Both the position numbers and the translations under genes were made by a program. The notes beneath the pieces were generated by a model. The model was not told the DNA's origin. It saw only the letters and a program-made list of their open reading frames with translations, and did no database searches. Below, one piece after another: positions 12,810 through 26,300 of a stretch of DNA of 64,000 nt. This stretch comes from the human T2T-CHM13v2.0 reference genome, Homo sapiens. Position 1 is the first letter of the stretch. Each line of letters begins with the position of its first letter. Location: the NCBI RefSeq assembly GCF_009914755.1, contig NC_060938.1; one strand, 5' to 3'.

Positions 12810-15085
12810 CAGAGATTTATTCGTTTCTTGTTGCTCTTGGAAACACCCAGAGGACACTGGAAACATAGCTGGAAGAGAAGGCAAATGATGTCGATTAAGG
12901 AGAGAACTGGTGAGGTGTGGTCCCAGATTCTTCTGCCCAACACTCTAGACACATTACCTGGAAAAGCCCTCCTCCCTCCGGAAAAAGAAAAACTTCCCCA
13001 TGGGAGAAGAGTCCTTCACACCTCATTAGGGGCAGCAAAGACTCAAGTTAAGATAAGATACATCTACAAGTACATTAATTGGTAGACATTAGATGTACAA
13101 TTTATTTTTGAATAAAAATATGTAGTACCTACAAATTTAGTAACAATATTACCTAAAGATATAATCTAATAATTTAATACAAAGAAACATTATAAGTTCA
13201 CTAAAATAAATGTTATAGAAATATACTGGGCTGTATTAACTATTTTCCTATTAACATGTGGATTCCACAGATAACTTCTTATGAGTATTCCCATGACAGT
13301 ACATCTTGCTTTTCTATACCTGAACATCATGGAAAGTGCATCTTGCAACCCAGCAATTTTGGCCTACGTTTTTTAAAATGTACATAATATGTATTTCCTG
13401 CAGTACACCGTTCTACTCATGTTTCCCAATAACACCTTTCCCTGTATCCAAGCCCTCATATTATGCTCTGACAATAAATTGGGCTTTTCCATCTGACTTG
13501 TCCAGTGAATGGACAATGGAAAATGTGATGCAAATATCCATTGGTTCTTGCCTTTTTGGACACAGTCATATTGTGAAGAGGTCTGGAGCTACCCTGTTGG
13601 AGACACAGGGCCTAGCCAAGAGTCACCACAAACCACCAGATTGTGAAGGAAACTATCTTAAACCAACCAGGCTCAGTCAAGGCACCAGGTGACTAAGGCC
13701 TGTTTTGTGATCCAGGCAACACAAATATATCAACTACCCAGCTGAACCCACCACACCAAAATGCAGATCCACAGAACTTCAAACAAATAAAATGGTGGTT
13801 GTTTTTTATAAGCTAGTAAGGTTTAATTAGTTCCTTAAACAGCAAATATTAACTGTTACACCTAAGTGAATAGAATTCAATATGTTTTTAACGAAATTAT
13901 GTGGGGGAGAAAGTCTTAAATTACAAATGAAATGCAATCAATAGAACTTCACAATCTATGCTAAATTTGGTGATGGACTAGGTTTAATATATCTCAGACA
14001 CTGGAAACAACAAGCTAAGTTTGAAGGAATGGGACTGTATTTGGAGAGTATTTCAATCTTTTCAAGTATGACAGGTCACTCCTGCACCCCAGACCACACT
14101 TTCAGGCCCCTTCAAATAAGGAATATTTCCTAGGTCCTTGCCTGTTCTTCTCAGCTGAATTCACCTCAACCTTCTGAAAGTTCTTCCAAACCTTCCAGTA
14201 TCACCTAGTCTTTGCAAATCTTGTGCATTCTAGGGAGTAGAATTAATATTTCCTGAGCGAGGAAAACTGGGATCTTCACCTGCGACCTTTTATCCTCCTC
14301 TGAAGCACCAGTGAGAAGTTAGACCAGAGGGCTGTTCTTTCAAGTGCGCTTCTTATTCATAGGGAACCCTCCCTTTCAAACTTTATAACACACAGTGAAG
14401 ACTGAAGTACTCTTAAGGCTGAAGACCATCATCCAGTACCCCATCTCCCTCGCGGAATCAGTGAGTTCCTCCATGGAAACTAGGTCTCGTATAAACTTCC
14501 ATAAATGCAATCCAGGAGGACTAGGCAGGTCACACAGTGAAGGAGGGAACCAGAAACTTCACTTGCTAAATAGACACCAGGAAACCCAACTAATACAAAC
14601 GCCCAGCTGAAGACTAGAGGCACACGCATTTCGCACTACTCCTCTGGGAATGGGGAACGTCTCCCGAGAACTGTGTGTTAGCACGGGGACAGATGGGCAA
14701 ACTGAGCTACATGAGGGTTGGTAACCGGGTCCCTCAGTGGCAGGACAGGAGCGCGGCCTGCAGACTCCGGGCCCAGGGCCACCAGCCTCGCCTACCCACT
14801 CCTGTGTCTCTGGAACCGGCTTCACTGCTGGGACCCCACGTCTGTCCTCCCAGCCCCCGCCAGGGTCCACGGCCCGCAAATGCACGTCAGGCCCCTCCTG
14901 CCCGCGATGCGCCCAAGCGTCTGCCCCCACAAATGGGGAACACTGGTCTGGCCCCCCGGGATCCCCCGAGGCCCACAGGTTCCTCTTTGCCCTCGCACCT
15001 ACCCACAGGGACATAGAACCAAGCCCCAGGCCTGCTCAGCTACACGACCGCCGCTGGGATCCGCACTTCCGGAGGAAAATGGCGA
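12810..15085 (-). ncRNA. 5' part (exons 1-2) of a putative spliced long non-coding RNA / duplicated lncRNA promoter
   Basis: Exon 1 ~15085-15003 ends CCCTGTGG|GTAGGT. Exon 2 12868-12810 (59 nt) is bounded by TTTGCCTTCTCTTCCAG| and CTG|GTGAGT. A further donor AAG|GTATGC lies at 12195/12194. All are downstream of a CpG-island promoter. Confidence 0.6.
13480..13860 (+). mobile_element. MLT1-type LTR fragment
   Basis: MaLR-like: acccagctgaaccca...aataaaatggtggttgttttttataagctagtaaggttt...cagcaaatattaactg. Confidence 0.55.
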
Positions 15086-15300
15086 AGTGGGCGGGGCGGC
15101 GCATGCGCAGAGAGAAAAGCTGGTTCCCAAGGTCCTTGATGGTAACATCATTGGAAGGTGACACTACATTTCCTATGAGGCTCTGCGGTCCCCCGTTAGG
15201 AACGCACGCCGGACATTCTGTTTTGCCCAGCAGTGAGTCCAGTTACCCGGAGACCCGGACTTAATGGATCAGGACTGGTCCCTACCCACGTGACACAGAT
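14700..15300. promoter_or_regulatory. CpG-island promoter, probably bidirectional
   Basis: GC/CpG-rich. ETS/GABPA CACTTCCGG 15064-15072; YY1 AAAATGGCG 15076-15084; GC box GGGCGGGGC 15089-15097; NRF1 GCGCATGCGC 15099-15108; ZNF143/THAP11-like ACTACATTTCCTATGAGGC 15163-15181; E-box CACGTGAC 15287-15294. Confidence 0.85.
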
Positions 15301-15403
15301 GTGGCATTCTGGTTCGTTATTAAATCCTGGTTTCACAGCCTGGGACATTGTGAAAATAATGGAGAAATTCCAATAGAAAACAATTGGTCTATGCTGTTAA
15401 TGA

Positions 15404-15701
<298 letters not shown>

Positions 15702-16305
15702 CTCAAGTCTATTTTTTATAGATGCATTCGAAAGCATGAAAAAAATCATGTCTCTATTTTACTTTAAATTTTTAAAAACACAACTAATGAATATGGTAAT
15801 TCTCTTCCAATTTGTTATCTTTTCTCTCACGAAACTAATTTGTGAGCTTTCAATTTACACAGTTAGAAAAAAATGCTCTAGTGTATATACTAGGATAAAA
15901 TAACAGGGTCATAAGACAAGTGCACTCCATAATCTTTGTGACAACTTACACTTCCAGTGTCTGATGAACATTTGCCCATAAACTCCCACGTTTCATCCAT
16001 CCATCCATCAATCAAATCTACCTATCTTTATTTATTTATTGTGCGAAATACCTGAACTTCGCCTTTCCTTCCCTGATTTCTGCCACAAACTAGGCAAGGA
16101 GTTCTGCCTAGGGGTTTTTCAGAGCTCCGGCTACCACCGAGGTTCCTAACAGGGAAATTGCCAGCTTGAATGCTTGGGGTTGATGTGGGAGTGCGTGTGA
16201 AACGGGTGTGGGGTGAAAGGGCAGTGAACTTTGTAGGTGGGTAGATGGGGGTGTGAAGGGCTTTCAGGTAAGAGGCACAGAGGAAACTGGGAGAGGCAGC
16301 GAAAG

Positions 16306-16668
16306 CACTTCACGCCTCAGATCACCAGAAGATGCTCCCACCAGCACCGTGACAGTTTGCCAGTGCCATGGCAACACAGGAAGTCCCCACCCCTTGCCAT
16401 GGAAACAGCTGGAAGTTACTGCCCATTTCTAGCTATTTCTGAGTAACCCGCCCCTTAATTAGCATGTCATTAAAAGTGAATTATAAAAATGACTACAAGC
16501 CACCCCTAGGCTGCTACTCTGGGAGCACAACCCACAGAGGGCTCCCTGCCCTGCAGGAGCGGACGCAGGGCTGTAACACCGCCAATGTCTCCATAGAGCT
16601 GCTTTATTCCACCACAGGCTTGCTTTTGGATTCCTTCCTGAGCGACGCCAAGAACCTGCCCTTCCTCA
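16306..16668 (+). mobile_element. MER50-like ERV1 LTR fragment
   Basis: tgccatggcaacacaggaagt...ccatggaaacagctggaagtt...cccgccccttaatt...ataaaaatgactac, typical of MER50. Confidence 0.6.
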
Positions 16669-17638
16669 GTGTGACTCTTGCCTAAAATCTATCCCTGGTT
16701 TTCTCTTTTCCTAAGCATGCCCTGACTTGTTCTTTCATCTCCTCTGAACTTGCAATTGCTCCTCAGTGACTCTATTCTGCAGATCCAGAAAACTCAACCT
16801 TAATCTTCCCAGAGCCCTGTTGTCTCCAATATTGGAATATCTAGCCTTGCTTTCTCAGACGCCTAGATTACAGGCCTCTCTCTTGAACACCTATTGGTAA
16901 GGTATCCGGGGATCCTTTAAATACACAATGATTGGCAGGGTTTACATAGGGGAAATCAGTGTCTGACAATTCGCCTTCCAGGATATGGATTGTCATTCCC
17001 TCTCTTTGTGGGCCCCAGTCTCCTATACATAAAAGTAGAGATTGTAATACTCATTTGACTTGCAGATACCTCACCCCGAACCCACCTACTATAATGTAAA
17101 AGCCAAGAATGCAAACCCTTTCCTCACCCCGTGAAGGTAAAGTCCTCAGAGCCAAGGAGAGAAGGCTCAGGGATGGTACCTAGGTGTTTCCAACACTAAC
17201 CATGCATTGTAGTTTTTAGTGTTCAAGTTTAAGCTTCTTATGTTAAAGTTACCCCAGCTTTAATTATATTGTAACAAGATTTATTTTTGTAATTCCATTT
17301 TTGGATTCTTGATTTCTTGGTAAAGAAATACAGTTATTTTTGTATACCAATCTTATATAGTGTTACATTCCAAAATTTGTTCATGAGTCCTAACACTTTT
17401 TAGTAAATTTCTTATGATTTTCTAAATGCAAGATCATGTCATCTGTACATAAAGATAACTGTACTTCTTCCTTTCCAATCTAGATGTAGTTTATTTATTT
17501 ACATTGCCAAGTTGTCCCAGCTACCACTGTTATCAAGTAAAAGGGTCTCACTACCCAAAGCTCTAGAAGCCAGTAACATGACACTAAGTTTTTGAGAAGA
17601 GAAAAACTTTAAAGTCAAACCAAAACCTATGGGATACA

Positions 17639-17955
17639 GGCCAGGCGCAGTGGCTCATGCCTGTAATCCCAGCACTTTGGGAGGCCGAGTTGGGTGGATC
17701 ACAAGGTCAGGAGACCGAGACCATCCTGGCTAACACGGTGAAACCCCGTCTCTACTAAAAATACAAAAAACAAAAATTAGCTGGGCATGGTGGCGGGCAC
17801 CTGTAGTCCCAGCTACTCGGCTGAGGCAGGAGAATGGCATGAACCCAGAAGGCAGAGCTTGTAGTAAGCCAAGATTGCACCACTGCACTCCAGCCTGGGC
17901 AACAGAGAGAGACTCCGTCTCCAAAAATAAACAAAAACAAAAAAACAAAAAACAA
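17639..17955 (+). mobile_element. AluY
   Basis: Alu with TSD aaacctatgggataca. Confidence 0.93.
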
Positions 17956-18377
17956 ACCTATGGGATACAGTAAAAACAGTACTAAGGAGTAAGTTTATAG
18001 CAAAAAGCACCTACATCAAAAAAAGTAGAAAAACTTCAAATAAACAACCTAATAATGCATCTTAAATAGTTAGAAAAGCAAGAGCAAACCAAAACCAAAA
18101 TTAGTAGAAGGAAACATAACAAAGATCAGAGCAGAAATAAATGAAATTGAAATTTAAAAATATAAAATATCAATGAAATGAAAAGTTAATATTTTTTTAA
18201 AAGACCAACAAAATCAACAAACATTTAGCCAGACTAAGAGAAAAGAGAGAAGACTCAAATACATAAAACCAGAGATTAAAAAGGAGACACTGCAACTGAT
18301 ACTGCAGAAATTCAAGTAATCATTAGAAACTATTATGACCAACTATATTCCAATAAATTGAAAAACCTGCAAGTCAT

Positions 18378-18654
18378 GGCCAGGCACCGTGGCTCATGCC
18401 TGTAATCCCAACACTTTGGGAAGCCAAGGCAGGTGATCACCTGAGATCAGGAGTTCAAGACCAGCCTGGCCAACATGGTGAAACCCCATCTCTACTAAAA
18501 ATACAAAAATTAGCCAGGCATGGTGGCGTGCACCTGTACTCCCAGCTACTCCAGAGGCTGAGGCAGGAGAATAGCGTGAACCTGGGAGGCAGAAGTTGCA
18601 GTGAGCTGAGATTGTACCAAGCTCCATCCTGGGTGACAGAGCAAGACTCCATCT

Positions 18655-18686
<32 letters not shown>
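18378..18686 (+). mobile_element. AluSx-like
   Basis: Alu consensus, long poly(A). Confidence 0.92.
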
Positions 18687-18688
<2 letters not shown>

Positions 18689-20062
18689 ACAACCAAACCA
18701 CAAACCTAGAAGAACTGGATAAATGAGATTGAACCCATAATAAAACATCTCCTAGCAAAGAAAAACCTGGATCCAATGGCTTCACTGATTAATTTTACCA
18801 AACATTGAAGGAAGAATTACTATCAATCCTACTCAAACTATTCCAAAAAACAGAGAAGTCTGTAATATTTCCAAAATCATTCTATGTAAAAGACCATTCA
18901 TCGTGTCTAAGTGGGATTCATCCCAAGGATGCCAACATGGTTCAACATATGCAAATCAATCAATGTGACACATCATATCAACAGAATGAAGGACAAAAAA
19001 CATATGATAATTTCAATTGATGCTGAAAAGCATTTAATAAAATCCAATTTCCCTGTGATAAAAAGAAACCTCCCAAAAAACTAGATTTAGAAGGAACATA
19101 CCACAACACAATAAAAACCATATGCAACAAACCCTCAGCCAGTATCATCCTGAACAGAGATAACCTGAAAGCCTTTCTTCTAAGATCTGGAACAAGGCAA
19201 GAATGTCCACTTCCAACAATGTTACTCAACATAGTACTGGAAGTCCTAGCTAGAGCAATCAAGAAAATTGAAAAACAGTAAAGGGCATCCAAATTGAAAG
19301 AAGTAAAATTATTATTGTTTTCTTGTTTGCAGGTGATTTGATCTTATATTTGGAAAAACCTAAGAACTCCACCAAAAAACTATCAGAACTGATCAACAAA
19401 TTCAGTCACATGATACAAAATCAAAATGCAAAAATCAGTAACATTTCTAAGTGCCAAAACTGAACAATCTAAAGAAGAAAATCAAGAACGTAATCCCATT
19501 TACAATAGCTACAAATAAAATAAAATATCTAGGAATAAATGTAACAAAAGAAGTGAAAGATCTCTACGATGAAAACTATAGAACACCAATGCAAAAAAAT
19601 TAAAGAAGACACCAAAAAAAAATGGAAAGATAGTCCATGTTCATTGATTGGAAGAGTAAATATTGTTAAAATACACATACTTCACAAAGCAATCTACAGA
19701 CCCAATGCAATCCCTATTGAAATACTAATAACATTCTTCACAGAAACAGAAAAAAAATCCTAAAATTTATATGAAATCATAAAAGACCCAGAATACCCAA
19801 AGCCATCCGTAGCAAAAAGAACAAAACTGGAAGAATCACATCACCTGACGTTAAATTATACTACAGAGCAATTGTAAGCTAAACAGCATGGTACTGGCAT
19901 AAAACAGACACATAGACCAATGGAACAGAATACAGAACCCAGAAATAAATCCTTACATTTACAACTAACTCATTTTCAATGAAGGTGCCAAGAATATACA
20001 TGGGGGAGAGGACAGTCTCTTCACCAAATTGTGCTGGGAAAACTAGATATTCATTGGCAGAA

Positions 20063-20325
20063 TTTTTTTTTTTTTGAGATGGAGTCTAGCTCTGTTGCTC
20101 AGGCTGCAGTGCAGTGGCGCGATCTGGGCTCACTGCAAGCTCCACCTCCCGGGTTCACACCATTCTCCTCCTCAGCCTCCCAAGTAGCTGGGAGTACAAA
20201 TGCCCCCACCACGCCCAGCTATTTTTTTTTTTTTGTATTTTTAGTAGAGACGGAGTTTCACCGTGTTAGCCAGGATGTTCTTGATATCCTGCCCTCATGA
20301 TCTGCCCACCTCATCCTCCCAAAGT
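20063..20325 (-). mobile_element. 5'-truncated AluY
   Basis: Antisense Alu with exact TSD tcattggcagaat. Confidence 0.92.
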
Positions 20326-20750
20326 CATTGGCAGAATAATTAAACTAGAACCCTCTCTTGTGCTATATACAAAAATCAAATCCAAATGGGTTAAAGACTT
20401 AAATCAAGGACAAGAAACTACTGAAAGAAAACATTAGGGAAACTCTCCAGGAAATTGGTCTGGGCACAGATTTCTTGAGTAATACTCCAAAAGCTCAGGC
20501 AACCAAAGCAAAAATGAACAAATGGTATCACATGAAGTTCAAAAGTTTCTGCATAGTAAAGAAAACAATGGACAAAGTGAAAAGACAATCCACAGAATGG
20601 AAGAAAATATTTGCAAACTATATATCTGACAAGGGATTAATAACCAGAATATATAAGGAGTTCAAACAACTCTATAAGAAAAAAACTAATAATCCAATTA
20701 TTTAAATGGGCAAAAAATCTGAACAGACATTTCTCAAAAGAAGGCATTCA

Positions 20751-21040
20751 GGTCAGGCGCAGTGGCTCACACCTGTAATTCCAGCATTTTGGGGAGCCAA
20801 GACAGTTGGACCACTTGAGCCCAGGAGTTCAAGACCAACCTGAAAAACATAGCAAATAATTTTAAAACCTACCTGGGCATGGTGATGCATGCCTGTGGTC
20901 CCAGCTACTCAGGAGGCTGAGGTGGGAGGATTGCTTGAACCCTGGTAGACATAACTACAGTAAGCCATCATTATACCACTGCACTCCAGCCTGGGTGACA
21001 GAGTGAGACACTGTCTCAAAAAATGAGCAAAAACAAAAAA
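20751..21040 (+). mobile_element. AluJ-like
   Basis: Diverged Alu (cacttgagcccaggagttc; ggtgggaggattgcttga). Confidence 0.85.
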
Positions 21041-21689
21041 GAAGATATATAAATGTCAAATAGGTATATGAAAAGATGCTCAATATCACCGATCATCAGA
21101 GAAATTCAAATCAAAACTACAATAAGATATCATCTTACCCCCATTAAAATGGCTTTTATGCAAAAGACAGGCAATAACAAATGCTTGCAAGAATGTAGGG
21201 AAAAGAGAACCCTCTTACTCTGTTGGTGGGAATGTAAATTAGTACTTTCACTATGGAGAACAATATGGAGGTCCCTCAAAAAATTAAAAATAGAACTATC
21301 ATATGATACAGCAATCCCACTGCTGGGTATATACCCAAGGGAGGGAAAATTAGTATATGAAAGAGATATCTGCATTCCCATATTTATTTCAGTACTATTC
21401 ATAATAGCCAAGATTTGGAAGCAACCTAAGTGTGCATCAACAGATGAAGGGATAAAGAAAATGTAGTACATGTACACAATGGAGTACTCTTCAGCCATGA
21501 AAAACAATAAGATTCTGTCACTTGCAACAACATGGATGGAACTAGGGAACATTATGTTAAGTACAATGAGCCAGGCACAGAAAGACTTTGCATGTTCTCA
21601 CACATTTGTGGGAGCTAAAAATTAAAACAATTGAACTCATCAAGATGGAGAGTAGACTGAGAGTTTCCAGAGGCTGGGAAGAGTAGCGG

Positions 21690-22222
21690 TGTTACGGGAT
21701 CTTTGGAGTGTCACTTTTCTGGACAGAAACCTCTATGGCTGGTGGCACCTTTACCTGAGTTTTGCTTGGGCCCCGCCCACTTAGCCTGGCAGGCTGTGCT
21801 CAGCTCATGCTACCAGGTTGGATCCCATGTTTGCCAAGGGAGACTGCGTGGAGTGGCAAGGGGTGTGTGAGCAAGCATGGGGTCTGGCCACTGTGCAGTC
21901 AGACTTCCTGGCTGCTGCAGTGGGGCAGGTAGCTCCAGGTGCCAACATGGGTGCCAGCTCTCCACAAGTCTGTGGCTGGACCATGGGCACCGCAAGCAGC
22001 TTCCACAGCTGGCACACTGGGAACACAGTGGCACCCGGAAGCTTGGAGATACCAGGAACCACAGGGCCCCAAATAGGGAATCACAGCCCTGGCTCGGGGA
22101 GCTCCCAGGTCTGGGCTTCCCAAAGGGTCACAGCTCTTGTTTCCTTCTCTTTGCCCACAATGTGGCAAGCAAGGGGCATGACTCAGCCCTGTTTGTGTTA
22201 CAGCTCTTTCAGCCTCTTCCCT
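21690..22222 (-). mobile_element. MER52-family LTR, 3' ~530 bp only
   Basis: Reverse complement matches the 3' part of the LTR at 4218-5472; begins tgttacgggatctttggagtgtcacttttctg on +. Confidence 0.82.
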
Positions 22223-22249
22223 AGGATTTGTCATAATTAATTCTCATAT

Positions 22250-22863
22250 TGTCTTATTTTTTTACATTTGTTTCAACTTCAGAAGATGCATGGATCTAAA
22301 CACAACATAATGTGTTAGCTAGCTGCCATATGAATTTCTCCGTGTTTCACCACTATGCAGCCTAAAGTTATTCCGTCATCCATGACTATCCTGGCTAAAG
22401 AGTCTAAAGATCTTTGTTTGGTAGCTATGGCTTCAGCTAGTTCATTCGCTAATTTACCTAGAGTGGTTGACAGATTTCTAATTATACGTTCATGAGAGGT
22501 TACTCCCCACCATTGCAAGTGACTTCTGCCAAACATTGGCCAAAATTCACCTCCTTGGTTTGCAGGTATGGTTTGTCTAATCCTGGAAAGTAATTTCGAT
22601 GAACTACTTCAGTGTTCAGAAACATTGGAGTTATAAATAGAAAGAGGAAGGGTCACATAACCTAATTGACAATTATTTCTCATATGCCAGCGGTCAACAC
22701 ATTCATAAGCCCATGGGTGGTTGATCCAGGGACCACACAGGGTCCCTGACAGACTCTGAAAGTTAAGGCTTTGGTTTACTGGTAACAGAGACAGGTTAAA
22801 GTACATGTCTTCAGTCTTGAGTAGAGTGTAATCAGTCTCATTTTTTTTTAATGAGACAAACAT
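22250..22863 (-). pseudogene. Decayed gamma-type retroviral env (SU C-terminus + TM ectodomain)
   Basis: One frame 22863-22315 with a single TGA at 22609. Contains RIRQ (decayed furin site), heptad IIRNLSTTLGKLANELAEAIATKQRSLDSLARIVMDDGITL (ISD-like) and, after a frameshift, ANTLCCV (CX6CC remnant, ~22302-22307). Confidence 0.8.
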
Positions 22864-23394
22864 CAGGTAAAGTCCTTGACAAGAAGGAAGAGAAATCCCG
22901 AGATTCTATAATCATAATAATCAAATTGTAATTGCTAGTTTAAGTAGTCCTTCAAAAATACATCTCATTCCTGACAGGATAAAACAAGTTTTAAAAAATA
23001 TATTATATTCAGATTCACTAGGGAACACTTGGAGCCAGGAAATAATTCAGGATTCAGCCCAAATTATAGGCAAATAATAAAAACTCTAAAACAATGATCA
23101 GGGTTGGAATCTAATAGCATATGTCATAGTTTTCTTTTGGAACATAAATTTTCTCTCTAGTCCATCATTTTATCAAAGACAAATCATAGTAGGACCAATT
23201 TTGTATGCAAAATAAGTTTTAGTCTTATCATACCGGGCCTGATTATTTCCATAAAGGGCAGCAAGAATATTTATTGGCCATATAGGCTTCTTAAAATTGG
23301 CTTTGTTGGAAATTTTTAATAAGGAATCTTAGACTTTTAAGAGCCTTGAAGCTAGCCAAGTCAAAGATTTGCATCAGACTGTGTCTGTAATAAT

Positions 23395-26300
23395 TTTTTA
23401 ACCTACTTTTTAAAATTATACTTTAAGTTCTGGGGTACATGTGCAGAACGTGCAGGTTTGTTACATAGGTATATATATTCTGCGGTGGTTTGCTGCACCC
23501 ATCAACCCATCACCTATATTAGGCATTTCTCCTAATGCTATCCCTCTCCCTGCCCCCACCCCCTAACAGGCCCCAGTGTGTGATGTTCCCCTCCCTGTGT
23601 CCATGTGTTCTCATTGTTCAACTCCCACTTATGAGTGAGAACATGTGGTGTTTGGTTTTCTGTTCTTGTGTTAGTTTGCTGAGAATGATGGTTTCCAGCT
23701 TCTTCCATGTCCCTGCAAAGGACATGAACTCATCGTTTTTTATGGCTGCATAGTATTCCATGGTGTATATGTGCCACATTTTCTTTATTCAATCTATCAT
23801 TGATGGGCATTTGGGTTGGTTCCAAGTCTTTGTTATTGTGAACAGTCCTGCAGTAAACATACATGTGCATGTGTCTTTATAGTAGAATGATTTATAATCC
23901 TTTGGGTATATACCCAGTAATGGGATTGCTGGGCCAAACGGTATTTCTAGCTCTAGATCCTTGAGGAATAGCCACACTGTCTTCCACAATGGTTGAACTA
24001 ATTTACACTCCCACCAACAGTGTAAAAGCCTTCCTATTTCTCCACACTCTCTCCAGTATTTGTTGTTTCCTGACTCTTTAATTTTCACCATTCTAACTGG
24101 CATGAGATGTATCTCATTGTGGTTTTGATTTGCATTTCTCTAATGACTAGTGATGATGAGCTTTTTTATAAGTTTGTTGGTTGCATAATTGTCCTCTTTT
24201 GAGAAGTGTCTGTTCACATCCTTTGCCCGCTTTTCAATGGGGTTGTTTTATCTTGCAAATTTGTTTAAGTTCTTTGTAGATTCTGGATATTAGCCCTTTG
24301 TCAGATGGATAGACTGCAAAAATTTTCTCCCATTTTGTAGGTTGCCCGTTCACTCTGATAGTTTCTTTTGCTGTCCAGAAACTCTTTAGTTTAATTAGGT
24401 CCCATTTGTCAATTTTGGCTTTTGTTGCCTTTGTTTTTGGTGTTTTAGTCATGAAGTCTTTGCCCATGCCTATGTCCTGAATGGTATTGCCTAGGTTTTC
24501 CTCTACGGTTTTTATGGCTTTAGGTCTTATGTTTAAGTCTTTAACCTACCTTGAGTTAATTTTTGTATAAGGTGTAAGGAAGGGATCCAGTTTCAGCTTT
24601 CTGCCTATGGCTAGCCAGTTTTCCCAACACCATTTATTAAATAGGGAATCCTTTCCCCAGCGCTCGTTTTTCTCAGGTTTGTCAAAGATCAGATGGTTGT
24701 AGATGTGTGGTGTTATTTCTGAGGCCTCTGTTCTGTTCCTTTGATCTATATATCTGTTTTCGTACCAGTACCATGCTGTTTTGGTTACCATAGCTTGTAG
24801 TATAGTTTGAAGTCAGGTGGCATGATGCTTCCAGCTTTGTTCTTTTTGGTTAGGATTGTCTTGGCTATTCGGGCTCTTTTTTGATTCCATATGAAATTTA
24901 AAGTATATTTTTCCAATTCCATGGAGAAAGTCAATGGCAGTTTAATGGGGATAGCAGTGAATCTATAAATTACTTTGGGCAGTAGGTCACTTTCACGATA
25001 CTGATTCTTCTTATCTATGAGCATGGAATGATTTTCCATTTGTTTGTGTCCTCTCTTATTTCCTTGAGGAGTGGTTTGTAGTTCTCCTTGAAGAGGTCCT
25101 TCACATCCTTGTAAGTTGTATTCCTAGGTATTTCATTCTTTTTATAGCAATGGTGAATGGGAGTTCACTCACAGTTTGGCTCTCTGTTTGTCTGTTATTG
25201 CTGTATAGGAATGCTTGTGATTTTTGCACATTGATTTTGTATCCTGAAACTTTGCTGAAGTTGCTTATCAGATTAAGGAGATTTTGGGCTGAGATGATGG
25301 GGTTTTCTAAATATACAATCATGTCATCTGCAAAGAGAGGCCATTTGACTTTCTCTTTTCCTAATTGAATACCCTTTATTTCTTTCTCTTGCCTGATTGC
25401 CCTGGCCAGAACTTCCAATACTATGTTGAATAGGAGTAGTGAGAGAGGGTATCCTTGTCTTGTGCTGATTTTCAAAGGGAATGCTTCCAGTTTTTGCACA
25501 TTCAGTATGTTACTGGCTGTGGGTTTGTCATAAATAGCACTTATTATTTTGAGATACGTTCCATCAATACCAGTTTATTGAGAGTTTTTAGCATGAAAGG
25601 TTGTTGAATTTTGTCAAAGGCCCTTTCTGCATCTATTGAGATAATCATGCAGTTTTTGTCATTGGTTCCCTTTATGTGATGGATTACATTTATTGATTTG
25701 CATATGTTGAACCACCCTTGCATCCCAGGGGTGAAGCCGACTTGATCATGGTGGACAAGCTTTTTGATGTGCTGCTGGATTCAGTTTTCCAGTATTTTAT
25801 TCAGGATTTCTGCATCAATGTTCATCAGGGATATTGGTCTAAAGTTTTCTTTTTTTGTTGTGTCCCTGCGAGGTTTTGGTATCAAGGTGATGCTGACCTC
25901 ATAAAATGAGTTAGGGAGGATTCTCTCTTTTTCTATTGTTTGGAATAGTTTCAGAAGGAATGGTACGAGCTCCTCTTTGTACCTCTCGTAGAATTCGGCT
26001 GTGAATCCATCTGGTCCTGGAATTTTTTTGGTTGGTAGGCTATAATTAATGCCTCAATTTCAGAACTTGTTATTGGTCTATTCAGGAATTTCACTTCTTC
26101 CTGGTTTAGTCTTGGTAGTATTCTCTGATGATAATATGCATTTCTGTGGGATCAGTGGTGATATCCCCTTAATCATGTTTTATTGCATCTATTTGATTCT
26201 TCTCTCTTTTCTTCTTTATTAGTCTGGCTAGTGGTCTGATTTGTTGATCTTTTCAAAAAATCAGCTCCTGGATTCATTGATTTTTTGAAGGGTTTTTCGT

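Larger units (their letters stand above)
17615..21689 (+). mobile_element. L1MA-type LINE-1 (ORF2 remnants + 3' UTR), interrupted by four Alus
   Basis: ORF2-like peptides ([18 protein letters not shown]; [16 protein letters not shown]; IKTTIRYHLTPIKMA...WWECKLV); 3' UTR cut off by the MER52 LTR at ~21690. Confidence 0.88.

Noticed and set aside
14559-15264. Four overlapping 113-175 aa ORFs
   Set aside because: Expected in a GC-rich CpG island where stop codons are scarce; open on both strands, Pro/Gly/Arg-rich, no domain.
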